DNA from: an uncultured delta proteobacterium
Lineage (GTDB): Bacteria > Desulfobacterota > RBG-13-43-22
Length of the DNA: 64,000 bases
Direction: 5' to 3'
Assembly (NCBI GenBank): GCA_963746605.1
Contig: CAVVCH010000053.1
Span: 183,465-247,464 of the forward strand
Under the pieces are notes generated by a model. The model worked only from the letters and a program-made list of their open reading frames with translations, was not told the origin of the DNA and searched no databases. Position numbers and translations under genes: made by a program. This document shows, piece by piece, positions 7,596 through 17,545 of the stretch (the stretch's first letter is position 1; every line of letters begins with the position of its first letter).

Positions 7596-9347
7596 GTGTT
7601 GATATCTTACCAGGAGGATGGAATGGATGCGGAACAAAAACTATTGATGGAACTGACCCGGGAGCCGATGATCGCCTATTTCACCATGGAGATCGGGATC
7701 AACAGCAATATTCCAACGTACAGCGGCGGCCTGGGTGTGCTGGCCGGGGATACGATCAAGTCCGGGGCCGACCTGGAACTGCCCATGGTGGCGGTGACCC
7801 TGCTCACCCGGAAAGGTTTCTTTCGCCAGGAATTGGATGAAAAAGGCCGGCAGATTGAACATCCCTATATTTGGGACCCGGCCACGTTTATGACCCGGCT
7901 GAGCCGGCAGGTTTTCGTGGAGATCGAGGGCCGGACAGTGGCAGTCCAGGCCTGGCACTACGTGGTCAAAAGTTTTACCGGGGGCAAGGTTTCTGTTTTT
8001 TTCCTGGATACCGAGGTGGAGGGGAACACCCCGGAAGACCGGGGAATCACCGCATCGCTTTACGGCGGCGACCAGGCCTACCGGTTCAAGCAGGAAATCG
8101 TCCTCGGTCTCGGGGGCGCCCGGATGCTGAAGGCACTGGGTTTCGAAATTAAGAAATACCACCTCAACGAAGGTCACGCCAGCCTGTTGACCCTGGAGTT
8201 GCTGGATAAATTTAAAAAGCCCATCGAGGAGGTGTGGGACGAGAAACTGATCTGGGACGTAAACGGTGTCAAAGACCTGTGCGTCTTTACCACCCACACC
8301 CCGGTGGAGGCCGGCCATGATCGTTTCCCGTATGAGCTGGTCGAACGAGTTCTGGGAAGCCACATCCCCCTGGACATCCTCAAGGGACTGGCCGGAACGG
8401 AGGACCTGAACATGACGGTTTTGGCCCTGAACCTGACCGAATTCGTCAACGGAGTGGCCAAGAAGCATGGGGAAGTATCCCGGAATATGTTCCCGGGATA
8501 TAAAATTAATGCCATTACCAACGGGGTCCATTCCTATACCTGGACCTGCGACAGCTTTAAGAAACTATACGATAAATACCTGCCGGGCTGGGCCAATGAA
8601 CCGGAGCTTTTCGTCCGGGTGGGCCGGATACCGGATATTGAAATCTGGGAGGCGCACCAGGCGGCCAAGGGGGTTCTCCTGGATTACGTTTTGAAGCAGA
8701 CCGGAGTAGAAATGGATTTGAATGTCTTGACCATCGGGTTCGCCCGCCGGGCCACGGCCTACAAACGGGCCGATCTGTTGTTCAGCGATTTGGAACGGTT
8801 GGAAAAAATCGCCGCCGGGAAGATTCAGATCATCTATGCCGGCAAGGCCCATCCACATGACACGCCGGGAAAAGCTCTGATCGAAAATATTTTCGCTTAT
8901 AAGGAACGGCTGGCCGGCAAGATAAAAATGGTTTATTTGAGCAACTACGATATGGATATGGCCTTGAAGATGGTTTCCGGGGTGGATGTCTGGCTGAATA
9001 CCCCTCAACGGCCCCGGGAGGCCTCGGGGACCAGCGGCATGAAGGCCGCCCATAACGGGGTGATGAATTTCAGCGTTTTAGATGGCTGGTGGATCGAAGG
9101 GTATATCGAAGGGGACACCGGCTGGTCCATCGGTCCCAGTCCGGTGGAGACCCGGCTGGTGGAGAACCACGATACCCTGGATTCCGACGATTTGTATGCC
9201 AAGCTGGAAAAGGAAATTATCCCCACCTACTACGACGCCCGGAGCATCTGGGTTTGGATGATGGGGAACGCCATCGGCCAGAATGCCTATTATTTCAATA
9301 CCCACCGGATGATGCGTCGCTATGTGACCGAAGCCTATATTCGCTGA
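7596..9347 (+). CDS. alpha-glucan family phosphorylase (GT35, maltodextrin/glycogen phosphorylase, short form)
   Basis: YFTMEIGI, GGLGVLAGDTIKSGADL, and the pyridoxal-phosphate Lys motif EASGTSGMKAAHNG. The true start is probably the ATG at 7623, which has an AGGAGG RBS. Confidence 0.9.
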   Translation: MLISYQEDGMDAEQKLLMELTREPMIAYFTMEIGINSNIPTYSGGLGVLAGDTIKSGADLELPMVAVTLLTRKGFFRQELDEKGRQIEHPYIWDPATFMTRLSRQVFVEIEGRTVAVQAWHYVVKSFTGGKVSVFFLDTEVEGNTPEDRGITASLYGGDQAYRFKQEIVLGLGGARMLKALGFEIKKYHLNEGHASLLTLELLDKFKKPIEEVWDEKLIWDVNGVKDLCVFTTHTPVEAGHDRFPYELVERVLGSHIPLDILKGLAGTEDLNMTVLALNLTEFVNGVAKKHGEVSRNMFPGYKINAITNGVHSYTWTCDSFKKLYDKYLPGWANEPELFVRVGRIPDIEIWEAHQAAKGVLLDYVLKQTGVEMDLNVLTIGFARRATAYKRADLLFSDLERLEKIAAGKIQIIYAGKAHPHDTPGKALIENIFAYKERLAGKIKMVYLSNYDMDMALKMVSGVDVWLNTPQRPREASGTSGMKAAHNGVMNFSVLDGWWIEGYIEGDTGWSIGPSPVETRLVENHDTLDSDDLYAKLEKEIIPTYYDARSIWVWMMGNAIGQNAYYFNTHRMMRRYVTEAYIR

Positions 9348-9531
9348 GTGTTTGGCCTTAGGCGTCAGGAGTCAGGAGTAAGAAGTAAGAAATGCGAAGC
9401 CTGACCACGAAGCCCTTCGTTCTTCGCTCAGCGCTAGGCGCTCTGCGTCTTTAGAACCGCGGGCTAAAACCAATGGGGATATTTACTCAACGTCTCCAAA
9501 AGAGAGGCGGAACCAGGAAAGGAGCTTTGGA

Positions 9532-10491
9532 ATGTCGGAAGGCGAACTTTATGATTGCATTATTGTAGGCGGCGGACCGGGCGGCCTTACGGCAGGCATC
9601 TATGCCATGCGGGCGGCCATGAAAACGGTTCTTATCGAAAAAGGGATGCCCGGCGGCCAGGTGGCCTTAACCAAAGGTGTGGAGAATTATCCAGGGTTTA
9701 TTGAAATAGGGGGGTTTGAGCTCTGCGATAGGTTTTTGAAGCACGCCGAATCGTACGGCCTGGAAATGATCCAAGACGAAGCGGTGTCCGTTGAACCGGG
9801 GATGGAGTCCCATTCCGTCAGGCTGGCCGATGGCCGTCTGCTGCAGGCCCACGCTTTAATTCTGGCAGCCGGCGGCAGCGCGCGAAAACTTGATATTCCC
9901 GGGGAAAACGATAACTTCGGCAAAGGCGTTTCGTACTGTGCCACCTGCGACGGGTTCTTCTTCAGGGATAAAACCGTCGTAGTCGTAGGAGGAGGGGATA
10001 CGGCCCTGGAGGATGCCCTCTACCTGTCAAAAATCACGCAGCGGGTCTACCTGGTCCATCGACGGGACGCTTTCCGGGGAAGCCGAATCCTTCAGCAACG
10101 CGTTCAGGCCGAACCCAAGATCGAAATCCTTTTCAACACCGTGGTAACCGAAATTATCTCCGATGAAGCCGGGGTTCAAGCCGTTTCCCTCAAAAATGTT
10201 AAGACGGATGAAAGAAGAAAGCTTCCCACAGACGGCGTCTTCATTCTGGCGGGTTTTTCTCCCAACAACCGGCTCGCGCCGGCAGGCGTTAAAATCAATC
10301 AAGCCGGCTACGTCATAACGGATGAAAAATGCGAGACCGCTATTCCGGGCATCTTCGCGATCGGCGACCTGAGGCAAAAATACGCCAATCAGATTGTGAT
10401 CGCCGCTGCCGACGGCTGTACGGCCGCCCTGGCCGCAGCGCACTATGCCGAGATCAAGAAGGGGAGCGCGGCTTGTCTGATCACTCCTTGA
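9532..10491 (+). CDS. trxB: thioredoxin-disulfide reductase
   Basis: FAD motif GGGPGG, redox-active CATCDG, and NAD(P)H motif VVGGGDTALEDA. Confidence 0.9.
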   Translation: MSEGELYDCIIVGGGPGGLTAGIYAMRAAMKTVLIEKGMPGGQVALTKGVENYPGFIEIGGFELCDRFLKHAESYGLEMIQDEAVSVEPGMESHSVRLADGRLLQAHALILAAGGSARKLDIPGENDNFGKGVSYCATCDGFFFRDKTVVVVGGGDTALEDALYLSKITQRVYLVHRRDAFRGSRILQQRVQAEPKIEILFNTVVTEIISDEAGVQAVSLKNVKTDERRKLPTDGVFILAGFSPNNRLAPAGVKINQAGYVITDEKCETAIPGIFAIGDLRQKYANQIVIAAADGCTAALAAAHYAEIKKGSAACLITP

Positions 10492-10538
10492 ACGATGATT
10501 TTTCCGGGATCGGAGAGAGGCGCGAGGGCGTAAGTCGC

Positions 10539-10570
10539 AAGGCGTAAGGAGCGGTAAACCCCTTACGCCT
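10539..10570. other. stable stem-loop between convergent genes (AGGCGTAAGG-N10-CCTTACGCCT)
   Basis: 10-bp perfect stem flanked by partial direct copies of the arms. No U-tract on either strand, so not a canonical intrinsic terminator. Confidence 0.35.
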
Positions 10571-10588
10571 CACGCCCTTACGGTAGTT

Positions 10589-11849
10589 CTAGAACCTCCA
10601 GGTCAAACCGAATTCATAGCTCATTTCGGTCAGATTGGATTCCAGGCGGACCGGCTGGCCGTTGAGGGCTGTGCCGTTTTCACTGATCGACTCCCCGAAC
10701 CCATAGGTATAGCCGATATGGGCGGAAAAGCTACTGGTAAATTCGTAGCCGATCCCGAAAGTGATGTGACTCTTGGTAATGGCCGGAAAGCCGATGATCC
10801 GGAAGGTTTCGTAGTAATAGGTGGGCATAAATTTGCCCTGGACCTCTTTGGGATTTAATCCGGCAAAATTATTGTGCTGTTTGACCGGGTTATTGGCATA
10901 GTTGTAGCCGGCCCGCAGGATCAATTTATTCGTGGCCTTGTATTGGACCCCCAGCCCGAAGACCCACTGGTCTTCCCAGTCGAAATCCTTGTAGCCGGCG
11001 GCGTTGGCCCAGTTGATCCATTTGCCGTCGACTTCGACCATCAGCTTCCCCGGCAGGACATCGTAGGAAACGCCCAGTCCGGCCTGCTGCGGGGATTCCA
11101 GGTCAAAATTATCCTTGCTGCCGTTCCCGTCGAAATCCCTGACATTGGAATAGGTGATTTTCTGGGGGGTGGTGTAGGTGGCACCCAGGGAGAGACGGTC
11201 CAGCGGATGGTAGATCATCACCCAATTGGGCTCCAAAACCGTAGGCGGAGGAGGTGCCGGCGCCCAAATCGAGCATGGAGTAGTCCAGATGGGCGGCCAG
11301 GCCGAAGGAAAATTGGCTGTTCGGCTGGAAAGCTATGGACGGGGCAAACTTCATGGTCGACAACTGCGTGTATTCGCCGGCCACCAGGGGAAAACCGCCG
11401 AAACCGGCGAACTTTTGCTGATCCAGGCTGGTATTGCGATAATCCACGCCCAGTCCGGTAACGCCGTAGGCCGCCAGACCGAAACGCCAGAGGGGCAGGG
11501 TTTTGGTGATCGGGGTGGACAGGCCGATGGCCGGGATGGCATAAACGTTGTTGGCGCTGTCCGCCTTGAAGGTATTGCCGCCGAGCGTTACTTTGCCGTC
11601 CACCTTAGGGGTGAAGAGGGTCCCGGCAAAATTGAATTCCGATCCCGGGCAATAGGGTCCGAAGCACATGGCGGCCGGGTTGGAAAACACGGCGCTGATG
11701 GCATCCTGGGGCGCGGCGATGCCCACACCGCCCATGGCCCGGGAGGCCGGTCCGATGCCGATTAAGTTGTCCCCATTGGTGGCCAGGGCCAGGGAAGCCC
11801 AGAGAACCACCAGTCCCACCATTACACTCATTCTAAAGATCTTTTTCAT
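10589..11849 (-). CDS. FadL/OmpP1/TodX-family outer membrane transport protein, single apparent frameshift near 11215-11225
   Basis: N-terminal signal peptide (ORF 11109-11849) and a C-terminal beta-barrel ending in a terminal Phe (ORF 10589-11236). The two halves join as ...AYGFGAQLG / VMIYHPLDRL..., which is a one-base indel in a G-run. Confidence 0.7.
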
Positions 11850-11927
11850 TCCCTTTTCTCCTTTCTTCCTTTCGATCTTAAGAGGTTGGAAATTTTATAT
11901 AGATACTCCTGCCGGCGGCCTAGCCCT

Positions 11928-13181
11928 CTACGGAATCAGGGCGTCGGCCACCAGGGAGGAGAGGAATTTTACTTCCACGCCCATCTGGTAGTGGTCGTTT
12001 AAATCGCTGAGCTGGGTATGGCAATTTTCGCAGGCCGTGGCCAGAATCTGGGCCCCGGTTTTTTTGACCTGGTCCACCTTGACCGTAACCGATTTCATGC
12101 GAAAGTCGTGGGTATCCTCCCCCAGGGCCACCAGACCGCCGCCGCCCCCGCAGCACCAGTTGTAACGCACATCGTCGGTCATATCGACAAAACGACTGGT
12201 CAACTGGTTCAGGATATACCGCGGCTCATCGATGACTCCGGCGTTGCGGGCCAGTTGGCAGGGGTCATGATAGGTGATGATTTCCTTCCACTTGTCCTTA
12301 TCCACCCGGATGCGCCCCTCCCGGAGGTAGCGGGCGTGAACTTCCGTAATGGAACTGACCTTAAAAGGCTGTTTCCCGGAAAGCTGCTTCATCACCCGGA
12401 AAGCAGTGCCGCACTCGCAGATGCAGACCTCCTTCACCTTCAGCCTGTTGGCTTCATTCAGGATTCGGTCCAGGATCAGCTTGGTCCGGGTGGGATCGCC
12501 CACGAAGGCCCCGAAATTGACGGCTTCGAAGAAACTTAAGGTCCAGTTCTCCTTGGCGGCGTTGAAGATCGCGGCGGCCGGCACTATGGAGTGAGCCCCG
12601 GCCAGGGCCACGTAGAGCAGGTCCGCCCCTTCCACGTCCACCGGGATAGGGGTTTGGCCGGCTTCCCCCTTCCATTTTTCAACCACCTGGGCCTCCAGGT
12701 TTTTGATCCCGGTTAAGAAACTTTCCTTATAGAACTCCAGGGATTTTCCTTTTTCAACGGAAGTATCGGCCAGCATGGAGAGGATCTCCGGCTCGGTTCC
12801 GGCTCCGACCAGCAGCAGTTTGGCGATCGACATCAGCATCTGGGTATCGATACCGTGGGGGCAGTAGACCATGCAGCGCCGGCAGCCGGTGCAGGAGTAA
12901 GCGGCCTCCGATAACTCCTGGAGGGCCATTTCGGTCAATTCCTTGCTTTCTCCCCAGGCCGGAAAGGCCTTCCCTTGGCCCTTGAAATATTTTTTATAAA
13001 TCCGCCGGACGATCTCGTGGCGGTAGGCCGAAATATAGCGGACCTGACCCATCGACTGGTAGGCGTGGCAGGCTTCGGTGCAGATGCCGCAGCGGGAACA
13101 GGTCTCCAGGTAAAACCGCATAGCCTCATTGAGTTTGGATTGAAAGAGTTTCAGTAAATCGTCGCGCGTTTTTTCATCCAT
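11928..13181 (-). CDS. HdrD/DsrK/GlpC-like iron-sulfur protein with two 4Fe-4S motifs and two CCG domains
   Basis: CSRCGICTEACH and CTGCRRCMVYCP ferredoxin motifs. CCG-domain cysteines (YHDPCQ, NWCCGGGGG, CENCHTQ). Confidence 0.8.
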   Translation of the reverse strand: MDEKTRDDLLKLFQSKLNEAMRFYLETCSRCGICTEACHAYQSMGQVRYISAYRHEIVRRIYKKYFKGQGKAFPAWGESKELTEMALQELSEAAYSCTGCRRCMVYCPHGIDTQMLMSIAKLLLVGAGTEPEILSMLADTSVEKGKSLEFYKESFLTGIKNLEAQVVEKWKGEAGQTPIPVDVEGADLLYVALAGAHSIVPAAAIFNAAKENWTLSFFEAVNFGAFVGDPTRTKLILDRILNEANRLKVKEVCICECGTAFRVMKQLSGKQPFKVSSITEVHARYLREGRIRVDKDKWKEIITYHDPCQLARNAGVIDEPRYILNQLTSRFVDMTDDVRYNWCCGGGGGLVALGEDTHDFRMKSVTVKVDQVKKTGAQILATACENCHTQLSDLNDHYQMGVEVKFLSSLVADALIP

Positions 13182-13183
13182 GG

Positions 13184-13895
13184 CTATCCCCTCCTTAATT
13201 TGTTCATGGGAATAGTTAAAAAAGAATGCATGATCTTGCTGAAGGGAAAGAGCATGATGAACAGGTTGGCAAAGAAGACATGCAGGACCAGCATAAAGGA
13301 ATGCCCGGTCTGGTAGGCGGCATCCGGTACTTGGGGTCGCAGGAACAACAGGCTGGTGAAATAGGTCTTATAATCGCCGGGCCCCAATTCCCCGTAGTTG
13401 TACCAGCGGCGGGCCCAGTCCATCTGGGCGCCAAACAGTACGGTCAGAAACAATAGAATCAGCAGATAATAGTCTTCCGGCGCGGAGAGGTCCCTGACCG
13501 GCGAGGCGAAGCGCCGGAAGAGAAAGAAGAGCAGGGCGAGGGACAAAACCAGCCCGACAAAGCCTTTTCCCAGAAATATCTCGTGGGGGATGAACTGGAA
13601 GGCATTAAAGCCCTCGAACAATTCCAGGTGGCCGATGATCAACAGCAGCAGGGCGATGTGGAAGGACATCAGGAAAACCCAGTGCAGCGGTTTATGGCGC
13701 CGGACCGAGGGCATTAGAAAGGAATCCGCCAGGGCCCAAAACCACGTAGGATTTTTTTGCGGATAGATCTGCAGGGTGCTGGCCGGATTTTTCGGGCTGC
13801 CGAAAATCTTGGCCAATTTAGCTACGTTCCCACGATAAAGACCAGGAAAGCCAGGTAGACCATGGGCACCAGGATCAGGTAGTAAATCGTTTTCA
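13184..13895 (-). CDS. NarI/DsrM/HdrE-like membrane cytochrome b subunit, apparent frameshift near 13825-13840
   Basis: Multiple transmembrane helices with conserved His (HWVFLMSFHIALL, HSFMLVLHVFF). An ATG at 13895 with an RBS encodes a first helix MKTIYYLILVPMVYLAFLVFIVGT that stops at TAG. The body continues in the +1 frame, where the ORF table begins it at a TTG (13816). Confidence 0.6.
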
Positions 13896-14024
13896 TAGGT
13901 TTCCCCTATCGCTTAAAGAGAAGGATCATCTTTCCCGCGAACGGATTTTTCACGTTCTTCCCTCCGTCAGAGAAGGGCCCCGTCCCCGGATTCCGGGGAC
14001 GGGGGTTGGGGAAGATGAGGAGGT

Positions 14025-14267
14025 TTACTTGAGGCGTTTGATGTAAATCTTGATGACCCCGTCACCCTGGTCGGTTTTCAGGATTTCGTTACCGCTGGTC
14101 CGGGCCCAGGCCGGAAAATCCGCCAGGGCCCCGGGATCCGTGGTCAGGGCCTCGATGACCTGGCCGATCTGGATGTCTTTAATCCCCTTGCTGACCTTGA
14201 CCACCGGCATGGGGCAGGGAAGTCCTTTCAAATCCATTACTTTGTCGACGTTGATTGCTTCAGCCAT
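14025..14267 (-). CDS. tusA: TusA-family sulfur carrier protein
   Basis: Conserved CPxP motif (LPCPMPVVK). 80 aa. Confidence 0.85.
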   Translation of the reverse strand: MAEAINVDKVMDLKGLPCPMPVVKVSKGIKDIQIGQVIEALTTDPGALADFPAWARTSGNEILKTDQGDGVIKIYIKRLK

Positions 14268-14287
14268 TTTTTTTCTCCTTCTTGATT

Positions 14288-14839
14288 TTAAAGAAATAAG
14301 GTAATCTTGCTGTTGATGGCATGCTCCAGAAAGGTGGCCACCCCGACGTACTCCACGCCGGGGTAATCGATCATTTCCTCATGCTTGAAACCCATGAGGT
14401 CCATGGACATTTCACAGATGAATATCTTGACCTCCAGTTCGGCGGCCATTTTGATAAACTCTTCCAGCGAAGCCACATTTTTCTTTTTCATGAGCGATTT
14501 CATCATGGCCGTTCCCATCCCGCCCATGTTCATCTTGGACAGCTTCACCTTTCCGGCGCCCTTAGGAAGCATGGATCCGAACATGGTCCCCATCAGGTCC
14601 TTGCCGCCCACACTTTTGTTTTTATCCCGCAGTATCGGCGTACCCCAAAAAGTGAAAAACATGATCACTTCCAGGCCCATAGCCACGGCCCCGGTGGCGA
14701 TGATAAAAGCGGCCAGGGCTTTGTCCAGATCCCCGCTGAAAACGATCATGGAGAGTTTTTCCTCCGGCTGGGAACCGGACAGGCCTTCCACCCGGGCTTT
14801 TAATTCGGCTAACTGTTTTTCCATCTCTTCCATCTGCAT
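14288..14839 (-). CDS. DsrE/DsrF/DsrH-like family protein (DsrE2-type)
   Basis: N-terminal coiled segment followed by a DsrE-like fold region (LSMIVFSGDLDKALAAFIIATGAVAMG...CEMSMDLMG). Adjacent to tusA, as in known TusA-DsrE2 pairs. Confidence 0.65.
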   Translation of the reverse strand: MQMEEMEKQLAELKARVEGLSGSQPEEKLSMIVFSGDLDKALAAFIIATGAVAMGLEVIMFFTFWGTPILRDKNKSVGGKDLMGTMFGSMLPKGAGKVKLSKMNMGGMGTAMMKSLMKKKNVASLEEFIKMAAELEVKIFICEMSMDLMGFKHEEMIDYPGVEYVGVATFLEHAINSKITLFL

Positions 14840-14875
14840 AACCTCCCCCTTTCAATGAATCGGGTTATTTTATTA

Positions 14876-14894
14876 TTGTTAATATCGTTAACAA
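14876..14894. promoter_or_regulatory. palindrome TTGTTAATATCGTTAACAA between marR and the dsrE-like gene; candidate MarR operator
   Basis: Inverted repeat TTGTTAA/TTAACAA. A second GTTAACAA copy lies at 15392-15399 upstream of marR. Confidence 0.4.
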
Positions 14895-14909
14895 AAACAA
14901 CCAAACTAT

Positions 14910-15389
14910 CTAAACCAATTGTTGTTTAATCACCTCCATGGAAGACCGCAGGGTTTCCAGGGAGGCCAATACATTTTTTCGGTCGTCTTCTTTCAGTTCC
15001 TGCAACAACTGGTGGTGGAGATCCTTTAAAAACACATCGAGGGCCTCGACTTGTTTTTGCCCCTCCGGGGTCAGGCTGATTAAAATCACCCGAGCATCTT
15101 CCGGGTCTACAACCCGCTGAGCCAATCGTTTATTCACCAGTCCATCAATAATCTTGGTGATCCGGCTTTTGGCCACTTCCAGCTTTTGAGCCAACCCCTT
15201 GACCGTCAGGTAACGCTCTTCCTTAAAGAGTAACAGGCATTTCATCTCCGCTTGGGTCAGACCAAACTTATGGGCCTGGTAGAGGGTCTTTTCCTGGCAG
15301 CACTGGGTAATTTCCCCAATCAGGTCTTGAAGTTTTTGGGCCTGGTAGCGGGTTACCTGTTCTTTAGAAGTGGGGTAAAAATCGTTCAT
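14910..15389 (-). CDS. MarR-family transcriptional regulator
   Basis: Winged-helix-turn-helix region (LTVKGLAQKLEVAKSRITKIIDGLVNKRLAQR). 159 aa. Heads the minus-strand cluster. Confidence 0.85.
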   Translation of the reverse strand: MNDFYPTSKEQVTRYQAQKLQDLIGEITQCCQEKTLYQAHKFGLTQAEMKCLLLFKEERYLTVKGLAQKLEVAKSRITKIIDGLVNKRLAQRVVDPEDARVILISLTPEGQKQVEALDVFLKDLHHQLLQELKEDDRKNVLASLETLRSSMEVIKQQLV

Positions 15390-15552
15390 GGTGTTAACAA
15401 AATAGAACCAACCCAGAGCCTTGTCAAGAAAAAAAATGGGGTCCGGGCATTTTTTTGGACCTCTTTCCGGGGCAGCGGCTGGAAATTAGATTGATTTTAG
15501 GAGAACGGGAGCTTATTAGTTACGAAACAGGATTGCAACCCAACCGAATTCC

Positions 15553-17304
15553 ATGACCGCTTACCGTATTTTAATTCCCTTTCTGCGACCGGGGTACTTT
15601 CCCTTGGCCGCGGGGATCTGCCTGCTGGTGCTGGTGGATTTTCTCCAACTGCTTATCCCCCGCTTTATCAAGGGCGCCGTGGATGCCTTGTCTTCCGGCC
15701 GGGCCACGACCGGGACCCTGACGCGCACCCTGGCCCTGATCCTGGGCGTTTCCCTGATCATCTTCGGTTTTCGTTATCTGTGGCGGCGCCTGATCTTCGG
15801 TCAGGCCCGGCGGATCGAGGAGGCCCTGCGAAACCGATTGATCGGTCAGTTCTTCCTCCTTTCTCCGGCTTTTTTTCAACGCCGGCCGATCGGCGATCTC
15901 ATGGCCCACGCCACCAATGATATGGAAGCGGTGCGGATGGCCCTGGGAATGGGGCTGGTGTCTCTGGTGGATTCGTTTTTTTTAGGCTGCGCGGCCATCG
16001 GGTTTATGCTGTACATCAGCCCCGGATTGACCGCCGCCGCCCTGGTGCCTATGCCGGTGGTGGCCTACCTGACCTATCGTTTAAGCCGGGTATTTCATAA
16101 AAAATTTGAATCGGTGCAAGTCCTTTTTTCCGGATTGATGGAAACCGTGCGGGAAGGCCTGGTAGGTATCCTGGTCGTCAAAGCCTACAACCTCCAACCG
16201 CGGGAATTGGGCCGCCTTTCCGAGCTCAGTGGAAAATATCTGGATAAAAATTTGCAGTTGGCCCGGATTACCGGGACGCTTTTTCCCTTGTCTCTGCTGT
16301 TGACCAACCTGAGTCTGGCCGTGGTTATCTGGCTGGGCGGGGTTCAGGTCTACCAGGGAAAGATCACCACCGGCGATTTTGTGGCCTTCATCACCTACCT
16401 GGGCATGCTGGGATGGCCGGTGATGGCCCTGGGCTGGGTAGTCAACCTGTTGAAACGAGGAGGCGTATCCCTGGAGCGGATCGGACGACTGCTGGATGAA
16501 AAACCTGAAATCGCCGATCGTCCCGGATTAACAGCACCGCCCTCACCCGTTCGGAAAATATCCATCGCTCATCTTTCCTTTAGTTATCCGGGGGAGAAGC
16601 AGCCGGTGTTGAAGGACCTGAGTCTGGAAATAGGCGCCGGACAGCAAATCGTGTTTACCGGCCGAACCGGCTCCGGAAAGACCACCCTGGCGCAACTGCT
16701 GGTCCGGCTCTATGATCCTCCGGAGGGGACCATTGCGCTGGACGGCCAGGCAATCCATAAAATACCGCTGGGATATTTACGGAACACCATATCCTTAGTT
16801 CCCCAGGTACCATTTCTTTTTTCCGACACCTTGCGGGCCAACCTGCAAATGGCCGATCCCGAGGCCGGAGAGGCCCGATTGTGGGAGGCCCTGTCTCTGG
16901 CCGCTCTGGATAAGGAAGTCAGGGCCTTCTCCGAGGGGTTGGAGACGGTGGTGGGGGAGAAAGGGGTGCTCCTTTCGGGAGGACAGCGACAACGGTTGGC
17001 CTTGGCCCGGGCCTTGCTGTTCAATCCGCCTTTTTTGATCCTGGATAACACCCTGGCCTCGGTGGACCTGTCCACCGAGCGACAGATCCTCGAGGGCCTG
17101 AAGTCCAGGCGAAAGGGATTGACCACTATTTTTATTTCTCACCGCCTGGTGGGGCTGGAGGCTGTGGATTGGATTTTTCTTTTTGAGGCGGGTCGGATCG
17201 CCGAATCCGGGCAACACCAGGCCCTGATGGAACAAGACGGCCTCTATGCCCGGCTCTACCGGCGGCAGCGTTTGGAAAAGGAAATCCGGGAGGGAGTTTT
17301 TTGA
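15553..17304 (+). CDS. ABC transporter permease/ATP-binding protein (type I exporter)
   Basis: Six-helix transmembrane domain, Walker A GRTGSGKTT, signature LSGGQRQRLALARAL, Walker B ILDN. Confidence 0.9.
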   Translation: MTAYRILIPFLRPGYFPLAAGICLLVLVDFLQLLIPRFIKGAVDALSSGRATTGTLTRTLALILGVSLIIFGFRYLWRRLIFGQARRIEEALRNRLIGQFFLLSPAFFQRRPIGDLMAHATNDMEAVRMALGMGLVSLVDSFFLGCAAIGFMLYISPGLTAAALVPMPVVAYLTYRLSRVFHKKFESVQVLFSGLMETVREGLVGILVVKAYNLQPRELGRLSELSGKYLDKNLQLARITGTLFPLSLLLTNLSLAVVIWLGGVQVYQGKITTGDFVAFITYLGMLGWPVMALGWVVNLLKRGGVSLERIGRLLDEKPEIADRPGLTAPPSPVRKISIAHLSFSYPGEKQPVLKDLSLEIGAGQQIVFTGRTGSGKTTLAQLLVRLYDPPEGTIALDGQAIHKIPLGYLRNTISLVPQVPFLFSDTLRANLQMADPEAGEARLWEALSLAALDKEVRAFSEGLETVVGEKGVLLSGGQRQRLALARALLFNPPFLILDNTLASVDLSTERQILEGLKSRRKGLTTIFISHRLVGLEAVDWIFLFEAGRIAESGQHQALMEQDGLYARLYRRQRLEKEIREGVF

Positions 17305-17545
17305 CGGGATTAGTATTATATGACGTGTTCGCAAAAAAGTTCTTCAGCGAAGTTTTGTCATTCTGAGCGAATGCGAAGAATCTCGTTTTTTCAACAGGTC
17401 GAAATCCTTCGCGGAGTTTATCCTGAGCTGGAAGACGAGATCCTTCACTTCGTTCAGGATGACAAGGCAGGCGAAGGACTCAGTATGACAAGCCGGCGAG
17501 GGCCGGATGACAAGCGAAAGGCCAAGGATGACAGTTTGAAACATT
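17305..17545. repeat. repeat-rich intergenic region (GTCATTCTGAGCGAATGCGAAGAATC-type element plus 4 copies of GATGACAAG)
   Basis: Short direct repeats and palindromic segments. The spurious ORFs listed here overlap them. Confidence 0.4.

Noticed and set aside
7641-9305. Long minus-strand ORFs (7641-8531, 8565-9053 and others) opposite the phosphorylase gene, and similar ones opposite trxB, the PAS kinase and nrfA
   Set aside because: They are stop-poor antisense frames of high-GC coding DNA with no RBS or motifs, and fully overlap well-supported genes.
13184-13816. TTG-initiated ORF start for the NarI-like gene, as given in the ORF table
   Set aside because: An ATG with an RBS at 13895 encodes a typical first transmembrane helix in the -1 frame, ending 7 nt before the TTG. 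The gene is more likely one frame-shifted CDS (13184-13895).
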